From NCBI GenBank assembly GCA_964563195.1, contig CAZLWN010000001.1, positions 21,834 through 85,833 on the forward strand: DNA of 64,000 bases, in the 5' to 3' direction. This DNA comes from an uncultured Undibacter sp. Lineage in GTDB: Bacteria > Pseudomonadota > Alphaproteobacteria > Rhizobiales > Xanthobacteraceae. A model generated the notes under the pieces. It was not told the origin of the DNA. It made no database searches and was given only the letters and a program-made list of their open reading frames with translations. Below, piece after piece: positions 29,110 to 39,026 of the stretch. Numbering within the stretch: the first letter of the stretch is position 1; each line of letters opens with the position of its first letter. The translations under genes were made by a program, and so were the position numbers.

Positions 29110-30052
29110 CTTCAGTCGTCATCGAATTGGCGCGCGCGAGAAGCGAAATGGTGTCGGAGATTCCGCTGGCCATGTTGCCCGTGAACGTAAAGCCCGCTTT
29201 GTCTATGCGTGTGTTTTTGACGTCGTAGGACAGTTGATTCATGATTTTGGTGTCGACAAATTCGACTTGAAGGTCGCGGACATGCACGCGAATGTGATCG
29301 ACGACTGTGCGCACGCTCGCGTTGCAGGTCACGACGTTGTAGATGCGGCCATCGAAGAGCCCCCGTTCGATGAAGAATGCGATCGCACGCACGGCGTCCG
29401 AAAGGTTGAGATACGGGCGCCGCTGTTCGTAGGCGGTGCGCCAAACTGTCAGCGGCTGACGCATCACCGCCTGCCAGCAAAACTTGTTAACCGCCGTGTG
29501 GAAACGCATTCCCGGCGACGTGCCGAATATCGTTCCGAACCGGCAGCTTACGGCCCGCAGGCCATTACGGGCGGCGGTGAGCACTACCTCCTCCTCCCGT
29601 AGTTTTGTCTCAGCGTAGGGGCTTTGCGGCTTCAGGTCGCCTGGGGGACATTCTTCGTCTACGATTTCGGCCTGCGAGCCATAGACGCTGGTCGAGGACA
29701 GATGGATCAGCGGCGAGCCCGCTTCAGCGCAGGCCGCGACCACACAGCGTGTGGCCTCGAGATTATTTCGCTCGACCGCTTCCTTGTTTTCGAAACTCGA
29801 TGTCGCGTCGGTAATCGCAGCAAGATGAATAACCGCTGCCGCCCCGTCGACCAGTGAGCGCAGGCTCATGCGCGTGACGTCGTCTTCGACGAAACGATAA
29901 CTCGCGTTTTTCGGCAACGCGAACAACGACGGATAGCGTTGCGATGACATGTTGTCGATCATCACGATGTCGAGGCCACGAAATTTATCCGGTAACGTGC
30001 GGATCAAACGCGACCCAATGTGACCAAGCGCGCCGGTGATGACGATTTTCAT
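29099..30052 (-). CDS. NAD-dependent epimerase/dehydratase/reductase (extended SDR)
   Basis: MKIVITGALGHIGS, SPYAETK (YxxxK). The ATG at 30052 overlaps the upstream stop (ATGA). Confidence 0.8.
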   Translation of the reverse strand: MKIVITGALGHIGSRLIRTLPDKFRGLDIVMIDNMSSQRYPSLFALPKNASYRFVEDDVTRMSLRSLVDGAAAVIHLAAITDATSSFENKEAVERNNLEATRCVVAACAEAGSPLIHLSSTSVYGSQAEIVDEECPPGDLKPQSPYAETKLREEEVVLTAARNGLRAVSCRFGTIFGTSPGMRFHTAVNKFCWQAVMRQPLTVWRTAYEQRRPYLNLSDAVRAIAFFIERGLFDGRIYNVVTCNASVRTVVDHIRVHVRDLQVEFVDTKIMNQLSYDVKNTRIDKAGFTFTGNMASGISDTISLLARANSMTTEDAR

Positions 30053-30513
30053 CGCGAGGCGGCCGGCTGCTTCCGAAAAGCCAGGAATTCCCGGTAGTCG
30101 CGGATATAGTCGTGCTCTTCGTAAGGTCGATCGCACAGCACCATGAGCACGTTATCGCTATCGAGGTAGCGCTGCTCGGCCCAAATGCCGTTCGGCACCA
30201 AAAGACCGCGATCTATCGCATCCAGCATGTATGTCTGCCTCGAAAGGCCGTCCGAGCACGTCACCTCGCAGCGCCCGTGCGTACAGACCATGAATTGATT
30301 GCAGCGCTTGTGCGCATGCCGGCCGCGCTGGACGTTTGAGGCCGCGCGCACCGTGAACACCCGCGCGATCGGAAATGGCACGGCGCCATCCAGGGCCTGC
30401 AGGACGACAAGTTCTCCATTGGCACTTGTCTGTCGCGGCAGATCTATAGATTTAGCGACGGAATTATCCACGACAGGAATTATTGCCGCAGGATGCGCCG
30501 AATGCCATTGCAC
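30049..30513 (-). CDS. fdtA: FdtA/QdtA/WxcM-like cupin: dTDP-4-keto-6-deoxyhexose 3,4-ketoisomerase
   Basis: ANGELVVLQALDGAVPFPIARVF...RGRHAHKRCNQFMVCTHGRCEV. An alternative GTG start lies at 30471. Confidence 0.75.
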   Translation of the reverse strand: MQWHSAHPAAIIPVVDNSVAKSIDLPRQTSANGELVVLQALDGAVPFPIARVFTVRAASNVQRGRHAHKRCNQFMVCTHGRCEVTCSDGLSRQTYMLDAIDRGLLVPNGIWAEQRYLDSDNVLMVLCDRPYEEHDYIRDYREFLAFRKQPAASR

Positions 30514-31595
30514 ATCATGTCCATCTGTGCATCGTCGACGGAAAAAGCGGACGGCAGATTGATCCCTCGCTCCGATACATCGTACGCAGCCGGATGACGT
30601 GGGCGCATCTCGGCCTCACGCGAACCGTAAGCCGGCAAGAAGCTCAATGGATAGAAGAACGGCCGGCTCGGCAGGCTTAGTTCGGCGAGTCCAGCCATCG
30701 CTTTATCTTTCGTCATCTTGTGGGACCGACCAAACACGAGTGCCGTGTTCCACGCACCATTCAACCCATTTCGCGGCTCGGGGTTAAGCGAAAGGTCGGC
30801 AATGTCAAACAAACGTTGCTTGTATCCGTTAAGAATCTTCCGCTTGTATGCAACAAGTTCGTCAAGCCGCTGAAACTGCGCGTAGCCAAGCGCGGCTTGC
30901 AGGTTGAAGGGCATGTATTTGAACGTCACCTCGGTATTGAAATACGTCCCCGGCGCACGGCCGTGATCCCGCAGAAACTTGCAGCGCTCAAAAAGCGCGT
31001 CGTCGTCGATGAGCAACATTCCGCCCTCACCGGTCGTCAAAGTCTTAGTGCGGTGGAAGCTGAAGGTCGATGCGATGCCGAAACTGCCGGCTCTTTTGCT
31101 GTTTGCAACGGACCCCAACGCTTCGGCCGCGTCCTCGATCAGTGCGATGTTGCGACGCTCACAAAGCTCTGCGATTTCGTCCCAATCCGGCATATTGCCA
31201 TAGAGATCAACGACGATCACCGCCTTGGTGCGGTTCGTGATCTCGCGCTCGATGGTTTCGGCGGTCAAGCACCAATGGACAGGATCAATATCCGCGAACA
31301 CAGGGTTCGCTCGCTGATAGGTAATACAGGCGGCGGAACCGATCCACGTGCATTCCGGGGCGATAACTTCGTCGCCCTCGCCGATTTCCAGGCCGCCCAG
31401 GAGAAGATGCAGCGCCGTCGTACAATTCGGCGTCATCAATCCGTGTTTTCGATTATGATAACTGGCAAATTCCGCTTCGAACTTTTCCACATAGTAATAT
31501 GCCTGCTTGCCATACCATCCGTTCCGCAAGGCATCGAGCACGATCTTTTCCTCGTGCTCGGTGATCGAGGGGCCGGCCATATAAATTTCGGTCAT
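30480..31595 (-). CDS. DegT/DnrJ/EryC1/StrS family PLP sugar aminotransferase
   Basis: 371 aa: TPNCTTALHLLL, FSFHRTKTLTTGEGG (Lys). Confidence 0.9.
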   Translation of the reverse strand: MTEIYMAGPSITEHEEKIVLDALRNGWYGKQAYYYVEKFEAEFASYHNRKHGLMTPNCTTALHLLLGGLEIGEGDEVIAPECTWIGSAACITYQRANPVFADIDPVHWCLTAETIEREITNRTKAVIVVDLYGNMPDWDEIAELCERRNIALIEDAAEALGSVANSKRAGSFGIASTFSFHRTKTLTTGEGGMLLIDDDALFERCKFLRDHGRAPGTYFNTEVTFKYMPFNLQAALGYAQFQRLDELVAYKRKILNGYKQRLFDIADLSLNPEPRNGLNGAWNTALVFGRSHKMTKDKAMAGLAELSLPSRPFFYPLSFLPAYGSREAEMRPRHPAAYDVSERGINLPSAFSVDDAQMDMMCNGIRRILRQ

Positions 31596-31655
31596 TCTTT
31601 CACACTGACGCTTCGGACTGCTAGTTTTGCGGCCTAGATTGTCACGCTTGTCCGT

Positions 31656-32336
31656 TCATCGCATCGGTTTTGCGGGCACGCCGACGGCTATTGTGTTGTC
31701 GGGGATATCGGAGACGACAACTGATCCTGCACCTATGATGACATCGCGCCCGATTTTTATGCGCTGACGAACGGTAGCTCCAGCTCCAATCCACGAGTTC
31801 GCACCAACATGAACGCGGCCGCACAATATCGCGCCGGGACCAATCTCCACTCCTTCGCCGAGTACACAATCATGCTCTACAAGACTGCGCGTGTTTATAA
31901 GGCACTGACGCCCAATGCTGACGTCGTTGTGGACGAGCGCTTGTGCCATTACTTGTAATCCGGCGCCCAATTGCGCGCTTGCACAGATATAGGCGCTGGA
32001 ATCAGCAAACGACACGGGAAAAAGCCCTGCTCTAACAAAGACGTCATGCAGGCGGCATCGGGTATCGCCCGTGGGGTTGCCGATTGCAACTATGAAACCA
32101 AGCGTCGAGTTATTCTCATTTTTTAACCACTCTTCGAGAGCTCCAAAACCGTCCAACAGCGGCACCTCCGGAAAAGGCGATTTCAGACCCGGCGTGTCAT
32201 CGACGAATGCAACAATTTTGCAGCCGAACTCGGATAGGATAAAGTGATTTACCCGAGCCTGATCGGCTGCCCCCCACATCACAATTCGTTGGCGTTCTGG
32301 CACAACGTTTCGCCAGCGCTCAAAATTGACGGTCAT
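31656..32336 (-). CDS. NeuD/PglD family left-handed beta-helix sugar N/O-acetyltransferase
   Basis: Rossmann-like N-terminal half (IVMWGAADQARV) followed by hexapeptide repeats and a C-terminal VGVPAKPM. Confidence 0.8.
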   Translation of the reverse strand: MTVNFERWRNVVPERQRIVMWGAADQARVNHFILSEFGCKIVAFVDDTPGLKSPFPEVPLLDGFGALEEWLKNENNSTLGFIVAIGNPTGDTRCRLHDVFVRAGLFPVSFADSSAYICASAQLGAGLQVMAQALVHNDVSIGRQCLINTRSLVEHDCVLGEGVEIGPGAILCGRVHVGANSWIGAGATVRQRIKIGRDVIIGAGSVVVSDIPDNTIAVGVPAKPMR

Positions 32337-33091
32337 TCTATTTCACTCGAATTGATTTGGTTTATAGCTCGAAAAATAAGATTTGAAAAATAAGACAAGC
32401 GCATTCGCTCTGGCAACGCATCCATTGGTGGCTGCATTTCACGCCCGAAAACTTTTGATAGAAATGCGGCTTCGTAAACGAGCGTGTAATCCATACTCTG
32501 CATCGCTGCGACAAACTCGATGCGGTTAAAAAACCAAACAGGAATCGAATCCTCGTAATATTGCTGTGCAGTTACGAAAGATTCCATATCTCCAATTGGC
32601 AATTCCGACATGACGAGGGATTTTGGACGATCGCTCGTAACCTGGACGAGCAATTCTTTCCAATCTTCGATGTAATGAAGGGTGCTACCAAAATGCACAA
32701 TATCTATGTCGGCAAGATGTGGAACCCGATTATGAAACGACAGCCAATTTTGGCTGCGTAGCCGCTTCCGCCCTTCCCCACAAATCTCATCTCTTTCGAC
32801 AATATGGCCCTCAATCTCCACGTTCGGCAGCGCCGCAGCGACAGCAAGCATAACCGCACCAAGCCCTCCGCCCACATCTACAATACGCAACGGACGCCTA
32901 GGATTTGCTAGCATTGAAGCAGCAACGGCCAGGGGATAGTCTCTTGCAGGCGGCGCTCCTTGGGCAAGTTGTCTATCGAGTTGTTCTCTAAGCCGATTAA
33001 GCCATCGGGCACCGTCGAACACATCGGAAGAGCCGACGACCTCGCTGAAGCTCCGAAAGACTCCGCTCCATATCGACGTCGGCATGGCCAT
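32333..33091 (-). CDS. SAM methyltransferase, LIC12133/TIGR04325-like family (family name from memory)
   Basis: N-terminal IWSGVFRSFSEV signature, then IVDVGGGLGAV (motif I). AT-richer than its neighbours. Confidence 0.55.
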   Translation of the reverse strand: MAMPTSIWSGVFRSFSEVVGSSDVFDGARWLNRLREQLDRQLAQGAPPARDYPLAVAASMLANPRRPLRIVDVGGGLGAVMLAVAAALPNVEIEGHIVERDEICGEGRKRLRSQNWLSFHNRVPHLADIDIVHFGSTLHYIEDWKELLVQVTSDRPKSLVMSELPIGDMESFVTAQQYYEDSIPVWFFNRIEFVAAMQSMDYTLVYEAAFLSKVFGREMQPPMDALPERMRLSYFSNLIFRAINQINSSEIE

Positions 33092-33101
33092 CTACCGCGC
33101 C

Positions 33102-34328
33102 TTATATCAATGCCACGCGTGGCACGTAGGTAAGCCAATGGCCTCCGGCAGAAACAAAGGAGCCCTCTTTGGCCATGATTTCGGAACTATGGTTCCAAGC
33201 AAATAGCACGGCAACATCGGGGTATCGAGCGACGAACTCTGCGTACGGTCGAACCATTATGTGTGCGCCTGGGCTGAATTTTCCTTGTTTGATCGGCGTC
33301 GTATCAGAAATGAATTCGATCAATTCCGAGCCGATGCTGCAGTAGTTCAGAACAGTCGTACTTTTCGAAGTGGCTCCGTAACCAACAACCCGCTTACCTT
33401 CGCGTCGCAAGATTTCAAGCTGGGCACCCAGTTGGTCACGACTTTTTTCGCAATTCACGCGGAAGCGCTGATAAGCTTCCGGATTGCCGAGACCCAGTGC
33501 TGTTTCCGTTACGGCCAGCGCGCTGACCGCTCTCGCCACGGGCCGCTCGCCTTTGCGCGCGAGAGCGTAACGCATCGATCCGCCATGGGTTGGCTGCGAT
33601 ACGACATCGATAACTTCCAAGCCGTGCGGTTCAAATGCGGACCTCACCGCCTGCAGCGAGAAAATAAACACGTGCTCATCGTAAATTTGGTCGTAGGACG
33701 TTTTCTGGATCATGTCGCCCAGGTAAGGCTCCTCGAATACCAGCACGCCGCGGGGTTTAAGAAGGAGCGCGACGCCTTCGGCCACGTCGTGCAGATCAGG
33801 GATGTGGCACATGACGTTCGCCGCTAGAATAGCATCGGCCGGGCCATTGCTTGCGGCGAGTGCGTTGGCAGTCTGCTCCCCGAAGAACCCGACGAAGCTT
33901 TTGACCCCGTATCGTTCAGCTTCCGCTGCGACATTCGCAGAAGGCTCGACCCCAATGTGTCGAATTCCGTTCTTTGCAAAATGTTCCAGCATCGCCCCAT
34001 CGTTGCTGCCGATTTCCACCACGAATGGATCTGGCCCATCCAGATAGTTCGAACGGACCCATTGAGCGTAGCGCTCGAAATGTTCGACCATACGTTTCGA
34101 TGTCCGCGTGAAAAAAGCATAGTTTTCATGAAACATGCGCTGCGGTTCGGGCTGCTCCACGATTTGAAAAGTGCCGCAGGTCTCGCAGAATGCCGGCGCA
34201 AGTTCGAAAAAATACTCATTTGGGAATTGTTCAGGACAAAGAAAACCGTTCGCAATCGGCATGCGGCCAAAAGACATAAAGGCATGGATCGAACGCTTGC
34301 AATTGCGGCATTTAGCCATCGTAACCAT
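33102..34328 (-). CDS. NDP-hexose C-methyltransferase-type enzyme (TylCIII-like; zinc-ribbon plus class I MTase plus C-terminal domain)
   Basis: KCRNCKRSIHAFMSFGRMPIANGF...CETCGTFQ (4-Cys), VVEIGSNDGAML. The start is the ATG at 34328 or 34319, just past the upstream stop. Confidence 0.75.
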   Translation of the reverse strand: MVTMAKCRNCKRSIHAFMSFGRMPIANGFLCPEQFPNEYFFELAPAFCETCGTFQIVEQPEPQRMFHENYAFFTRTSKRMVEHFERYAQWVRSNYLDGPDPFVVEIGSNDGAMLEHFAKNGIRHIGVEPSANVAAEAERYGVKSFVGFFGEQTANALAASNGPADAILAANVMCHIPDLHDVAEGVALLLKPRGVLVFEEPYLGDMIQKTSYDQIYDEHVFIFSLQAVRSAFEPHGLEVIDVVSQPTHGGSMRYALARKGERPVARAVSALAVTETALGLGNPEAYQRFRVNCEKSRDQLGAQLEILRREGKRVVGYGATSKSTTVLNYCSIGSELIEFISDTTPIKQGKFSPGAHIMVRPYAEFVARYPDVAVLFAWNHSSEIMAKEGSFVSAGGHWLTYVPRVALI

Positions 34329-35301
34329 CGCTTTCTTTTCTAATTTCCGAAGCGGTGGTCCGCCCGCGCCCACGTTGAATGGCCTCAACTACCGTCGAGG
34401 GCAGCACGTCGCGCAAGAAGCTTAAAGTATCCGTATATAGCTTCAGCCCCCACATTTCCCACAAGTACGCAATGCAGATTGGAACGAAATAGGGTTTCCT
34501 CCAGGCCGGAACAATTCGAGAATGCAAGATCGCCAAAGAAAGCGTCGCGACATATTCGAGATTTCCAAATCGCATCATTTGTCTCTTCAATACAAGCGGG
34601 TCATGAGGGCGGCGCTCAACAAGCGACTGACGCGCCTTCTGTTTTGCGAACAATATCTCATCTACTTGAACAAGGCGCCCGCTCAGCATCATCAAGCAAA
34701 CAAATTGGCGCTCGTTGACAAAAACTTCCGGAAGCGATCGCAGGCAGTCTCGAAAGACATCGGTACGAATCAGCCCGTGAATAAAATTGTTTGTCTTTAG
34801 GGGCCGCATGCGGCGGCCACGCTTGGTAACAACGGCAATTGCATTTTTAAGGGGATCACGTCGCTGCGGCCAATCTTCCGGTGGAATGCGAACCGTCTTG
34901 GCTTCGTCGCCATCGGGGTAAATTGTGCGGTAAGCACACATGGCAGCAACAGCACTTGGCGGACGGCGCAAAGCGTCAACCATGCAGCTAAGAAAACGAT
35001 CGACCCAAATATCGTCCTGACTGGCGTAAAGAAAATATTTTCCACGCGCTAAATCGACTACGCGGTGCAAATTCGCGTGCGCCCCAAGATTTCTGGCATT
35101 ACGTGAGAAGTGAATACGTGAATCGCGGGCAGCGTATCTCTCGCACAGCTCAGGCGTTTGATCCGAGGAGCAATCATCGGAGATGACCAGCTCGAAATCC
35201 TTAAAATCCTGCGCCAAAAGACTATCGATCGCACGCTCGACCGTCGAAGCGCCATTGTAAACAGGCAATCCAATAGTCACCAAAGGTGCTTGATCAATCA
35301 T
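34312..35301 (-). CDS. Glycosyltransferase family 2
   Basis: VTIGLPVYNGASTVERAIDSLLAQ, VISDDCSSD, ASQDD. Confidence 0.8.
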   Translation of the reverse strand: MIDQAPLVTIGLPVYNGASTVERAIDSLLAQDFKDFELVISDDCSSDQTPELCERYAARDSRIHFSRNARNLGAHANLHRVVDLARGKYFLYASQDDIWVDRFLSCMVDALRRPPSAVAAMCAYRTIYPDGDEAKTVRIPPEDWPQRRDPLKNAIAVVTKRGRRMRPLKTNNFIHGLIRTDVFRDCLRSLPEVFVNERQFVCLMMLSGRLVQVDEILFAKQKARQSLVERRPHDPLVLKRQMMRFGNLEYVATLSLAILHSRIVPAWRKPYFVPICIAYLWEMWGLKLYTDTLSFLRDVLPSTVVEAIQRGRGRTTASEIRKESDGYDG

Positions 35302-35381
35302 TGCAACCTCATTTAGATGCGTATCGACTTTTTCATTACTCAGCGGGCGATGCTGTCGGGGTCAATTTGGAAGTCAATGAA

Positions 35382-36293
35382 ATGAGCGAAAAGTCGGAAA
35401 CGATAAGGAAAGGAATTTTGCTTGCGGGCGGAAGTGGAACGCGGCTCTTCCCGGTCACTTCAACTGTCAATAAGCACCTGTTCCCGGTCTATGATAAGCC
35501 GCTTATTTATTATCCGCTGACGACATTGATGCTTGCTGGCATCAGGGAAATCCTGGTGATCAGTGGGCCGCGTCATGTCGACGCGTTGCGCGCGTTTCTG
35601 GGCGATGGCCGCCGCTGGGGCATTCGATTTGAATACGCCGAGCAGCCGATTCCCAACGGCATCGCTGAGGCACTTCTGATCGGCGCCGACTTCATCGGCA
35701 ATGATCCCTTCGCGCTCATTCTCGGCGACAATATCTTTTACGGGCATCCGCTGAGCGAAATGTTGGAAATTGCCGGCCGGCATGCCGTCGCCGGATCGGC
35801 TTCGATCTTTACTTTTCAAGTCGCCGACCCGCGCGAATATGGCGTCCTCGAATGCACACCGGACGGCTCGCCGATCGCAATTCTCGAGAAACCGACTGCG
35901 CCCAGGACCGACCGCGCCGTGACGGGGCTTTATTTTTACGACGGGCAAGCGGTTGAGCAGGCGCGCAGACTCAAACCATCCACGCGTGGTGAACTTGAAA
36001 TTACCGATTTGAATCGGCTCTATCTGCAAAGTGGAAAGTTGCGTGCTATTCATCTTGGACGTGGTTTCGTATGGTTCGACGCCGGCACTAGCCTATCGCT
36101 GAATCAGGCGAGCCTGTTCGTCGAAATCATGCAGACTCGTCAACGGACCGGCCTCGCATTTCCCGAGGAAGTCGCATACCGGATGAATTTCATCGATCTT
36201 AACCAATTCACGAAATGCGTTGCGGTCATGCCGCAATGTGCTTATCGCGGCTATCTTGATCGGCTGGTCGAAGAATTTCGAGACCAGCGATGA
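35382..36293 (+). CDS. rfbA: Glucose-1-phosphate thymidylyltransferase
   Basis: KGILLAGGSGTRLFPVT, YDKPLIYYPL, GELEITDLN. I used the ATG at 35382. Confidence 0.95.
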   Translation: MSEKSETIRKGILLAGGSGTRLFPVTSTVNKHLFPVYDKPLIYYPLTTLMLAGIREILVISGPRHVDALRAFLGDGRRWGIRFEYAEQPIPNGIAEALLIGADFIGNDPFALILGDNIFYGHPLSEMLEIAGRHAVAGSASIFTFQVADPREYGVLECTPDGSPIAILEKPTAPRTDRAVTGLYFYDGQAVEQARRLKPSTRGELEITDLNRLYLQSGKLRAIHLGRGFVWFDAGTSLSLNQASLFVEIMQTRQRTGLAFPEEVAYRMNFIDLNQFTKCVAVMPQCAYRGYLDRLVEEFRDQR

Positions 36294-36847
36294 AAATTAC
36301 GGCCACTAACGTTGTCGGCGCCGTCACTATTGAGCCGGACACATTCAAAGACAACCGCGGCAGCTTTTTCGAATCCTTCCGGATTGAGCAATACGCTGAT
36401 GCCGGCATTCGAGGTCCATTTGTGCAGGACAATTGCTCAATTTCCCGTCAAGGCGTCCTGCGCGGCTTGCACTACCAAGTCAACCACCCGCAAGGCCACC
36501 TGATCACGCTCACGCAGGGTTCGATCTTTGATGTTGGCGTGGATCTTCGACGTCATTCGCCGACTTTTGGCCGCGTCGTCACGACAACACTTACGTCCGA
36601 TCCGCCAAAACAGATCTTTCTGCCTGCGGGCGTGGCGCACGGCTTCTGTGTCCTGACAGATGCTGCAACGATCTGGTACAAGTGCACTGAAACCTATCAC
36701 GCCGGCGATGAAACTGGATTGCTATGGTCGGATCCTGATCTTGGGATTGAATGGCCTTTGCGAGATCCCATTATCAGTCCACGTGACGCTTCCTATCCGT
36801 GCCTAAAGGACATAGCCGCTGGCCGGCTACCACGAGTCGGACCTTAA
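36290..36847 (+). CDS. rfbC: dTDP-4-dehydrorhamnose 3,5-epimerase
   Basis: FKDNRGSFFESF, RGLHYQ, GVAHGF. ATGA coupling to rfbA. Confidence 0.95.
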   Translation: MKITATNVVGAVTIEPDTFKDNRGSFFESFRIEQYADAGIRGPFVQDNCSISRQGVLRGLHYQVNHPQGHLITLTQGSIFDVGVDLRRHSPTFGRVVTTTLTSDPPKQIFLPAGVAHGFCVLTDAATIWYKCTETYHAGDETGLLWSDPDLGIEWPLRDPIISPRDASYPCLKDIAAGRLPRVGP

Positions 36848-37911
36848 GCGCTGACGATTTCTCGCTGCCGGCGGTAAGAGCCGTCGAGTATGCTTTCCCA
36901 CCAGGACGCGTTGTCCAGGTACCATTCGATTGTCCGGCGCAGCCCCTCGTTGAACGAATATGATGGACGCCAGCCAAGTTCCTTTCCGAGTTTGCTGGCG
37001 TCTACCGCATAGCGCCAATCGTGACCGGGGCGGTCCTCAACAAAGGTGATTAGATTTGCGTGCGGTCGATGCGAGGATTCGGGCCGCAATTCGTCGAGAA
37101 TTGCACAAATCCTGCGGACGACATCGATATTTCGCCGCTCACAATGAGCGCTGACATTGTAGCTTTCGCCGACCCTGCCGCGTGAAAAGATCGTCCATAA
37201 CGCGCGCGCATGATCCTCGACGTACAGCCAGTCGCGGACATTTTGGCCCTTGGCATAGACGGGTAATTTCAACCCCTGTAAGCCGTTGACAATCATCAAT
37301 GGAATGAGCTTTTCGGGGAACTGGTACGGTCCGTAGTTGTTCGAGCAATTGCTGAGCACCGTGGGCAAGCCGTAGGTGCGATTCCAAGCGCGCACGAAGT
37401 GATCCGACGATGCCTTGCTGGCGGAATATGGCGAGCTCGGTGCGTAACGACTATCTTCACGAAAGCTGCCGTCCTCGCCAAGCTCGCCGAAGACTTCATC
37501 AGTCGATACGTGGTGAAACCGAAATTGCTCGCGGGCCGGACCTGAAAGCTGCTTCCAGTAGGTGGTGGCACATTCCAATAATGTCCACGTGCCGACGACA
37601 TTGGTCATCACGAAATTTTCAGCGTTGTCTATCGAGCGGTCGACATGAGATTCAGCTGCCAGATGAATGATCCCGCTTGGCCGATGTTTCTCCAGCAACC
37701 CTTTAATCGCCGCGGCATGGCAAATATTTTCCTGCACAAATGTATGCCTCGGATGCTTTCGAGCTGCCGCAAGCGTTGCTGGATGCGCGGCGTAAGTCAT
37801 CAAGTCGAGCGTGACCACCCGAACGTCGGTTTCGGCAAGCAGATAACGCACGAGTGCGGAGCCGATAAATCCCGCCCCACCCGTCACAATTATAGTTTTT
37901 GGTTCAGGCAT
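36844..37911 (-). CDS. rfbB: dTDP-glucose 4,6-dehydratase
   Basis: [32 protein letters not shown] used the ATG at 37911. Confidence 0.95.
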   Translation of the reverse strand: MPEPKTIIVTGGAGFIGSALVRYLLAETDVRVVTLDLMTYAAHPATLAAARKHPRHTFVQENICHAAAIKGLLEKHRPSGIIHLAAESHVDRSIDNAENFVMTNVVGTWTLLECATTYWKQLSGPAREQFRFHHVSTDEVFGELGEDGSFREDSRYAPSSPYSASKASSDHFVRAWNRTYGLPTVLSNCSNNYGPYQFPEKLIPLMIVNGLQGLKLPVYAKGQNVRDWLYVEDHARALWTIFSRGRVGESYNVSAHCERRNIDVVRRICAILDELRPESSHRPHANLITFVEDRPGHDWRYAVDASKLGKELGWRPSYSFNEGLRRTIEWYLDNASWWESILDGSYRRQREIVSA

Positions 37912-39001
37912 CGAAAAACGAACGGATCGATGCGATGACTTTCGCGACCTCGTCCGACCCAAGCTCAGGATAAATCGGCAACGAAATGATGCGAGGTATC
38001 AGCTGTTCGGTAACGTCCAGCCGCGACCGGTGAACGAGCTGCCGATAAGCCGGTTGCTGATGAACCGCGAGCGGATAGTGAAGTCCAGCATTGATGCCAT
38101 TTCTGCGTAAATGCGCAAGAAGATCATCGCGCCGCTCAACGCGGACTACAAACTGGTGGTAAACGTGCTGCGTGCCGGCTGCCGGCGACGGCGAGAGAAT
38201 CGGAAGATTTCGCAACTCGCGCCGATAAGTTTCCGCGATCCGTATTCGCGCCGCGTTTTCTTTGTCGAGGTCTGGAAGCTTGACTCGCAGAATGGCCGCT
38301 TGCAGCTCGTCTAGACGCGAATTGATTCCCGCGATCGAGCTGATGAATCGCTCTTTCCAGCCGTACTCCCGCAGCTGATGCAGGCGCTCGGCAAGGTCAT
38401 GATCTGAGGTAACAATTGCGCCGCCATCGCCGACAGCGCCGAGATTTTTGGTCGGAAAGAAGCTGAAGCAGCCCAAATCGCCAATTGATCCGACGCGCGA
38501 TTTGCCGTGCAGTGCCCCATGCGCCTGCGCACAGTCCTCGATGACACGCAGGCCCCGCTCCTGCGCAACCGCCATGATCGTGTCCATGTCGGCGGGCTGC
38601 CCATAAAGATGCACTGCAACGATAGCTTTCACCGCGGGTGACATGGCGCCAGCCAGTTTCGACGGATCGAGCGTGTAACGGTCAGGCTCGACGTCGACCA
38701 GAACCGGGACAGCCCCGGCTTGCTCGATCGCTGCAACGGTGGCAACGGAAGTGTGCGACACGGTGGCGACTTCATCGCCTCTCCCGATCCCCAGCGCCAT
38801 GAGAGCGAGCGCAAGCGCTTCTGTTCCGTTGGCGACACCAATTCCATGACGAGCGCCACAAAACTGCGCAAATTCGGCTTCAAATGATGCAACCTCGGAA
38901 CCGAGGATATACCACCCACTCTCCAGCACACGCTTGATCCCCGCATCGATTGCGTCTTTGTGCGAACGGTACTGTTCGCCTGGATTGCTACAATTGATCA
39001 T
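37904..39001 (-). CDS. DegT/DnrJ/EryC1/StrS family PLP sugar aminotransferase
   Basis: [29 protein letters not shown]. The ATG at 39001 gives the family-typical N-terminus. Confidence 0.9.
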   Translation of the reverse strand: MINCSNPGEQYRSHKDAIDAGIKRVLESGWYILGSEVASFEAEFAQFCGARHGIGVANGTEALALALMALGIGRGDEVATVSHTSVATVAAIEQAGAVPVLVDVEPDRYTLDPSKLAGAMSPAVKAIVAVHLYGQPADMDTIMAVAQERGLRVIEDCAQAHGALHGKSRVGSIGDLGCFSFFPTKNLGAVGDGGAIVTSDHDLAERLHQLREYGWKERFISSIAGINSRLDELQAAILRVKLPDLDKENAARIRIAETYRRELRNLPILSPSPAAGTQHVYHQFVVRVERRDDLLAHLRRNGINAGLHYPLAVHQQPAYRQLVHRSRLDVTEQLIPRIISLPIYPELGSDEVAKVIASIRSFFDA

Positions 39002-39026
39002 AAAAACATTTGACGAGCTAGCGGGT

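Noticed and set aside
36844-36847. Convergent rfbC and rfbB share overlapping stop codons (TTAA) with no intergenic terminator.
   Set aside because: It is real in the sequence, but this is a common compaction feature and gives no evidence of special regulation.
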